From: Thermoflexales bacterium
GTDB lineage: Bacteria > Chloroflexota > Anaerolineae > B4-G1
NCBI GenBank assembly: GCA_007123205.1
Contig: SKLM01000346.1
Span: 1 to 36,041, forward strand
Direction: 5' to 3'
Length of the DNA stretch: 36,041 nucleotides
Below, piece by piece: positions 32,616 through 36,041 of this stretch; the first letter of the stretch is position 1, and each line of letters starts with the position of its first letter. Both the position numbers and the translations under genes were made by a program. The notes below the pieces were generated by a model. That model worked only from the letters and a program-made list of their open reading frames with translations, was not told the DNA's origin and did no database searches.

Positions 32616-35570
32616 TCATGGTTCTTGCCCCGTTCCGAGAAACCGCCACGCCAACTCGTCAAGTTGACATTCTACCACGACTCCCCCGCCGATGCCACGA
32701 AAGCGGAGCACGCCGTCGTCAGTGACAGCGCCCAACCGGGCGACAGGCCACCCAACAAGGGCTTTCTCGAAGGCGGCCGCAGCCTCGGGCGCTACCTCCG
32801 CCAGGAATCGGGAGTTGCTCTCGGAGAACAGGGCCATCACATCTGTTTCCACTCCCGGGGTCCGCGGCAGGTCCGTCAGGTCAAGGGCCAGCCCGAATCG
32901 GCCGCCGATGGCCGTCTCAGCCGCCGCCAGCGCCAAACCACCCTCCGACAGATCGTGACAGGCCCGCACCAGTCCAGACAACATGGCTCTGTGGAGGCTG
33001 CGCATCATCTCGATGGCGTGGGGCACGGGCATTGGAACACTCCCCCCAGCTACACCGTGCAGCCGGTGCAAGAGCCCCCCACCCAGCTCGGCCCCTGTCT
33101 GGCCCACCACGTAGACCCAGTCTCCGGGGCGCTTCAGATCCATGGTGACTGCCTTCCGCACGTCGGGGACAACGCCCAGCGACGAGATGAGCAGCGAAGG
33201 CGGGATTGCCCGTTTCTCGCCGTGACGATCCACATATTCGTTGTTCAGGCTGTCCTTGCCGGAGATGAACGGCGTGCCGTATGCCAGGGCCGCATCGTGA
33301 CACCCCTGGGCTGCGCGGACGAGAGACCCCAGGCGGTCGGGAAGCGAGGGATTCCCCCAGCAGAAGTTGTCGAGAAGCGCGATGCGGTCGGGATCACCCC
33401 CCACTGCGACCACGTTCCGCACAGCTTCGTCCACTACCGCCCACGCCATCGCATAGGGATCTATCTGTCCGTAATAGGGGTTGATCCCGCAACCAATGGC
33501 CAGCCCCCGCCATCCCTCTATCTCCCACGGGCACAGAACCGCCGCATCAGACGGCCCATCAGCCTGCGCACCCACCAACGGCTTGACAAAGGTGGCTCCC
33601 TGAACCTCGTGATCGTAACGTCGAATCACCGATTCCTTGCTGGCCACGTCAGGGTCACCCAGGAGATGCAGCAAGACGGTGCTCAGATCCCCGGGCACCA
33701 GGACGTCCCCATCGGGAAGCAGCGGCGCTTTCCAATCGGCCCGCATCTTGGGCCGTGGCCAGCCGTCATGCACGAATTCCATATCCATATCGGCGACGGT
33801 CCTGCCCTGGTAACGGACGCGCAGTCGACCATCACCGGTGAAGCGCCCAATAACGGATACCTCGACCTCAAACCGGTCACAGATCTCCTCTAAGCGGGAC
33901 AAATTCTCGCCGGGAACGGCCAGCACCATACGCTCCTGGGCCTCTGATAGCCAGATCTCCCAGGGGCGCAGGCCCGGGTACTTCAGGGGCACCGTGCTCA
34001 GCTCCACCTCCACTCCGATGTCCCGTCCCATCTCCCCGGCTGCCGAGGAGAAACCGCCAGCCCCACAGTCGGTGATGGCGTGATAGAGGCCAGCGTCACG
34101 CGCCACGACAATGGCTTCCATCACTTTCTTCTCGGTGATGGGATCACCGATCTGCACCACGCTACCCACGGTCTGACCGGTCTCGTGGGTCAACTCGGCC
34201 GAGGAGAACGTCGCCCCGTGCAGCCCATCCCGTCCAGTGCGCCCGCCAATCGCGACACATAGATCGCCCGGTCGGGGGTGTCGCGGGTGCTGCCCTTGGC
34301 GAGCCAGTCCGACACAGCCGCAGTAGACCAGCGGGTTGGCAGTGTAGCCTCGGTCGTAGATGATGGCGCCGGAGACGGTGGGGATGCCCATCTTGTTCCC
34401 GTAATCCTCGATGCCCGCCACGACGCCGCGGGCGATGCGCCGGGGGTGAAGCACTCCCTCAGGAAGATCCTGCCGGTCGATGTCAAGCTCGCCAAAGCAG
34501 AGGACATCGGTGTTGGCAATGGGCCGCGCGGAGACCCCCAAGATGTCCCGGATCACGCCACCGACACCGGTATTCGCTCCCCCGAACGGTTCCAGCGCGG
34601 TGGGGTGATTGTGGGTCTCGACCTTGAACGACACCTCGAAGGTCCCATCAAAATCGACGATGCCGGCGTTGTCCACAAACGCCGACCGGACCCACTCCCG
34701 ATCGAGTCTCTCCGTGGCGGCCCGAATGGTCGTGCGCAGTAGACCGTCTATCCTCCCCTCGTCCGCTGCGGCCGGGTCGTAATCGGCGGGCAGGATACGC
34801 GACACCCCGCCTTCACACGAGAAGTCGATTTCGGCCTTGAAGGTCTTGTGCTGGCAATGCTCCGACCAAGTCTGAGCCAGGGTCTCTAGCTCCACGTCCG
34901 TAGGATCGCGCCCGATGCGACGGAACTCCTCCTGGATCACCTTCATCTCCTCCAGGGAGAGATAAAGGACCCTGTCGACGCTCATCCGGGCCAACCCCTC
35001 GTCATCGACCTCCCGGATCGCGACGATCTGGACCTGGTCCGACGGATCGGCCCGAGGTACGAAGGCCGGCTCCATCGGGCCCAGCGAGTAGGTCTGGATC
35101 ACGTCATTGCAGAGGACTCGCTGCGCGATCTCGTGGAGATCGTCGCTGGACAGATCACGCTGGCGACCGGTGAAGACGTAACGGGTGCCCGTGGCAACGG
35201 CCTCGATGGAGTTGATGTCCAAGTTCCGCGCACGGCGGAGCACATGGGTGGCCACGGGATCAGTGACACCGGCTCGATAGCCGACCTCGACGCATCGATC
35301 TGATCCTTGCTCGGTCAGTCTCTGGGCCTGTACCGCCGACGGGCCCGGGCCCGACCACCAACGAGAGCTTTCAACGATGGGATCGACCAACAGGGCATCC
35401 GCCAGCCGCTCGACCTGCGCACGAGAGAGATCGCCCCGGATGAACGTAAGATTGCTCACCTCAACAGAGTCCACTCTTACGGTCCCCGATTGCTTTATCT
35501 GCGTGGTTACGTCCAACGCCCGTCCATCCGGCTCCGGGGCGCGCCAGAAGACCTCAATGCAGTGAAGCAT
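32616..35570 (-). CDS. purL: FGAM synthase II with two N-terminal PurS-like modules (PurS-PurS-PurL fusion)
   Basis: ORF 32616..35579. ATG 35570 is preferred (AAGGA 8 nt upstream). Two PurS-like repeats occupy the first ~190 aa: IEVFWRAPEPDGRALDV...LLVDPIVE and VEVGYRAGVTDPVATHVLRRARNLD...VLCNDVIQTY. The small-PurL body follows: TLAQTWSEHCQHKTF, VETHNHPTALEPFGGANTGVGGVIRD, GGRTGRDGLHGATFSS and ISGKDSLNNEY. Confidence 0.9.
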   Translation of the reverse strand: MLHCIEVFWRAPEPDGRALDVTTQIKQSGTVRVDSVEVSNLTFIRGDLSRAQVERLADALLVDPIVESSRWWSGPGPSAVQAQRLTEQGSDRCVEVGYRAGVTDPVATHVLRRARNLDINSIEAVATGTRYVFTGRQRDLSSDDLHEIAQRVLCNDVIQTYSLGPMEPAFVPRADPSDQVQIVAIREVDDEGLARMSVDRVLYLSLEEMKVIQEEFRRIGRDPTDVELETLAQTWSEHCQHKTFKAEIDFSCEGGVSRILPADYDPAAADEGRIDGLLRTTIRAATERLDREWVRSAFVDNAGIVDFDGTFEVSFKVETHNHPTALEPFGGANTGVGGVIRDILGVSARPIANTDVLCFGELDIDRQDLPEGVLHPRRIARGVVAGIEDYGNKMGIPTVSGAIIYDRGYTANPLVYCGCVGLARQGQHPRHPRPGDLCVAIGGRTGRDGLHGATFSSAELTHETGQTVGSVVQIGDPITEKKVMEAIVVARDAGLYHAITDCGAGGFSSAAGEMGRDIGVEVELSTVPLKYPGLRPWEIWLSEAQERMVLAVPGENLSRLEEICDRFEVEVSVIGRFTGDGRLRVRYQGRTVADMDMEFVHDGWPRPKMRADWKAPLLPDGDVLVPGDLSTVLLHLLGDPDVASKESVIRRYDHEVQGATFVKPLVGAQADGPSDAAVLCPWEIEGWRGLAIGCGINPYYGQIDPYAMAWAVVDEAVRNVVAVGGDPDRIALLDNFCWGNPSLPDRLGSLVRAAQGCHDAALAYGTPFISGKDSLNNEYVDRHGEKRAIPPSLLISSLGVVPDVRKAVTMDLKRPGDWVYVVGQTGAELGGGLLHRLHGVAGGSVPMPVPHAIEMMRSLHRAMLSGLVRACHDLSEGGLALAAAETAIGGRFGLALDLTDLPRTPGVETDVMALFSESNSRFLAEVAPEAAAAFEKALVGWPVARLGAVTDDGVLRFRGIGGGVVVECQLDELAWRFLGTGQEP

Positions 35571-35612
35571 GGTTCCCATCCTTGATCAAGTGGTCAGATA
35601 CTAGCTGAGTTC

Positions 35613-35628
35613 GGTACACTATTGTACC
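35613..35628. promoter_or_regulatory. Perfect palindrome in the pur leader (operator or hairpin candidate)
   Basis: GGTACA-CTAT-TGTACC lies about 45 nt upstream of the purSL start codon. Confidence 0.3.
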
Positions 35629-35647
35629 CGATTGTCGCAACCTCCCG

Positions 35648-35675
35648 ATTTTACTATATCCTGCGTGAGCCACAA
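35648..35675 (-). promoter_or_regulatory. Candidate promoter for the pur array
   Basis: The minus strand reads TTGTGG (35675-35670), a 16 nt spacer, then TAAAAT (35653-35648). A second, weaker candidate, TTGCCT-N17-TACGCT, lies near 35905-35933. Confidence 0.3.
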
Positions 35676-35987
35676 GCCGGCAAGACCGGCAAAGACACGT
35701 TGACCGACGCCACTCCGCGGATCCCGCTTCCCCGCACCGCTTGAGTTTCCACGGGGCTATGGTATAGTGGCCTGGGCCGCGCGAAAAGCCCTGTGCAGGA
35801 GCCCTCATAACAACCGACGACATTCGATGCCGACTTACCGGACGGGCTCTATACCATCTACCGGTGCGGATTCCGAGGGGAGCGACCAGCAATCGTGGAT
35901 ATAGCGTAAGCCTTGTGCAGGGATAAGGCAAGGACTCGATGATCTAGAAGATCCAGGTCTTCGTCGAGTTCGTCTGCCCAGAAAGCT

Positions 35988-36041
35988 CTACTCCTCCAGC
36001 AGACCAAGCTGGCCGCTGAATCCTTTGGGTGTGCGCGGGAA
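35988..36041 (-). CDS. 3' end of an unidentified minus-strand ORF entering from the right edge
   Basis: The minus-strand frame reads FPRTPKGFSGQLGLLEE followed by TAG (35990-35988). Only 17 codons are visible, so neither coding status nor identity can be supported further. Confidence 0.25.
   Translation of the reverse strand, partial: FPRTPKGFSGQLGLLEE

Noticed and set aside
32205-33893. 562-aa plus-strand ORF, the longest plus ORF in the right half
   Set aside because: It is entirely antisense to purL. Its translation is Arg/Pro/Gly/His-rich with no recognisable motifs. This is the typical shadow ORF of a high-GC gene, whereas the opposite strand encodes an unmistakable PurL.
35751-35890. 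tRNA-like strings (GGGGCTATGGTATAGTGG... and ...GGTGCGGATTCCGAGGGGAGCGACCA)
   Set aside because: I could not fold a cloverleaf. There is no T-loop GTTCRANYC, the spacing between the pieces (about 130 nt) is wrong, and the acceptor ends are not complementary.
35554-35931. 125-aa minus-strand ORF upstream of purL
   Set aside because: It overlaps the purL start in another frame. The translation is rich in Arg and Cys and has no RBS. The region is better explained as regulatory or structured DNA or RNA.

Overview
High-GC bacterial chromosomal window in three parts; the taxon cannot be fixed from sequence alone.

(1) 1-9.3 kb looks accessory.
- A large SARP/AfsR-type regulator runs off the left edge and is absent from the supplied ORF track.
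- A decayed IS21-family left end follows.
- A perfect TTGACA-N17-TATAAT promoter plus a ~400 nt leader then drives a tightly packed three-gene operon. Gene 1 is an opine-dehydrogenase-family enzyme. Gene 2 is a 626-aa protein with an N-terminal DxHxxG cobalamin-binding domain fused to a large domain that, from memory, resembles glutamate mutase E. Gene 3 is a markedly lower-GC Ddl-type ATP-grasp ligase.
- The operon is convergent with a stand-alone SIS-domain (GlmS C-half / FrlB-like) gene.

(2) 9.3-18.7 kb is mixed.
- A LysM-LysM-CAP lipoprotein is bracketed by short direct repeats.
- Next come a ParB-like/tandem-USP fusion protein and an ECF transporter (S, A1, A2, T) with coaX.
- An NRAMP C-terminal remnant lies in frame directly behind the coaX stop.
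- A CarD/CdnL-family gene closes this part.

(3) 18.8-35.6 kb is one uninterrupted minus-strand array covering all of de novo purine synthesis, with unusual architectures. The gene order is purS-purS-purL fusion, purQ, purC, class II-type purE (no purK), purF, purD-purM fusion (with an 18-nt x3 in-frame repeat insertion), purN, purH split into two genes, guaB, purB, and a coupled ygiQ radical-SAM gene. A repeat-rich, structured ~360 nt region lies upstream of the array.

No rRNA, tRNA or CRISPR array was found. The best candidate for an undescribed system is the SARP-adjacent opine-DH / B12-protein / ATP-grasp operon. All family assignments come from reading the translations by eye and need HMM or structure confirmation.
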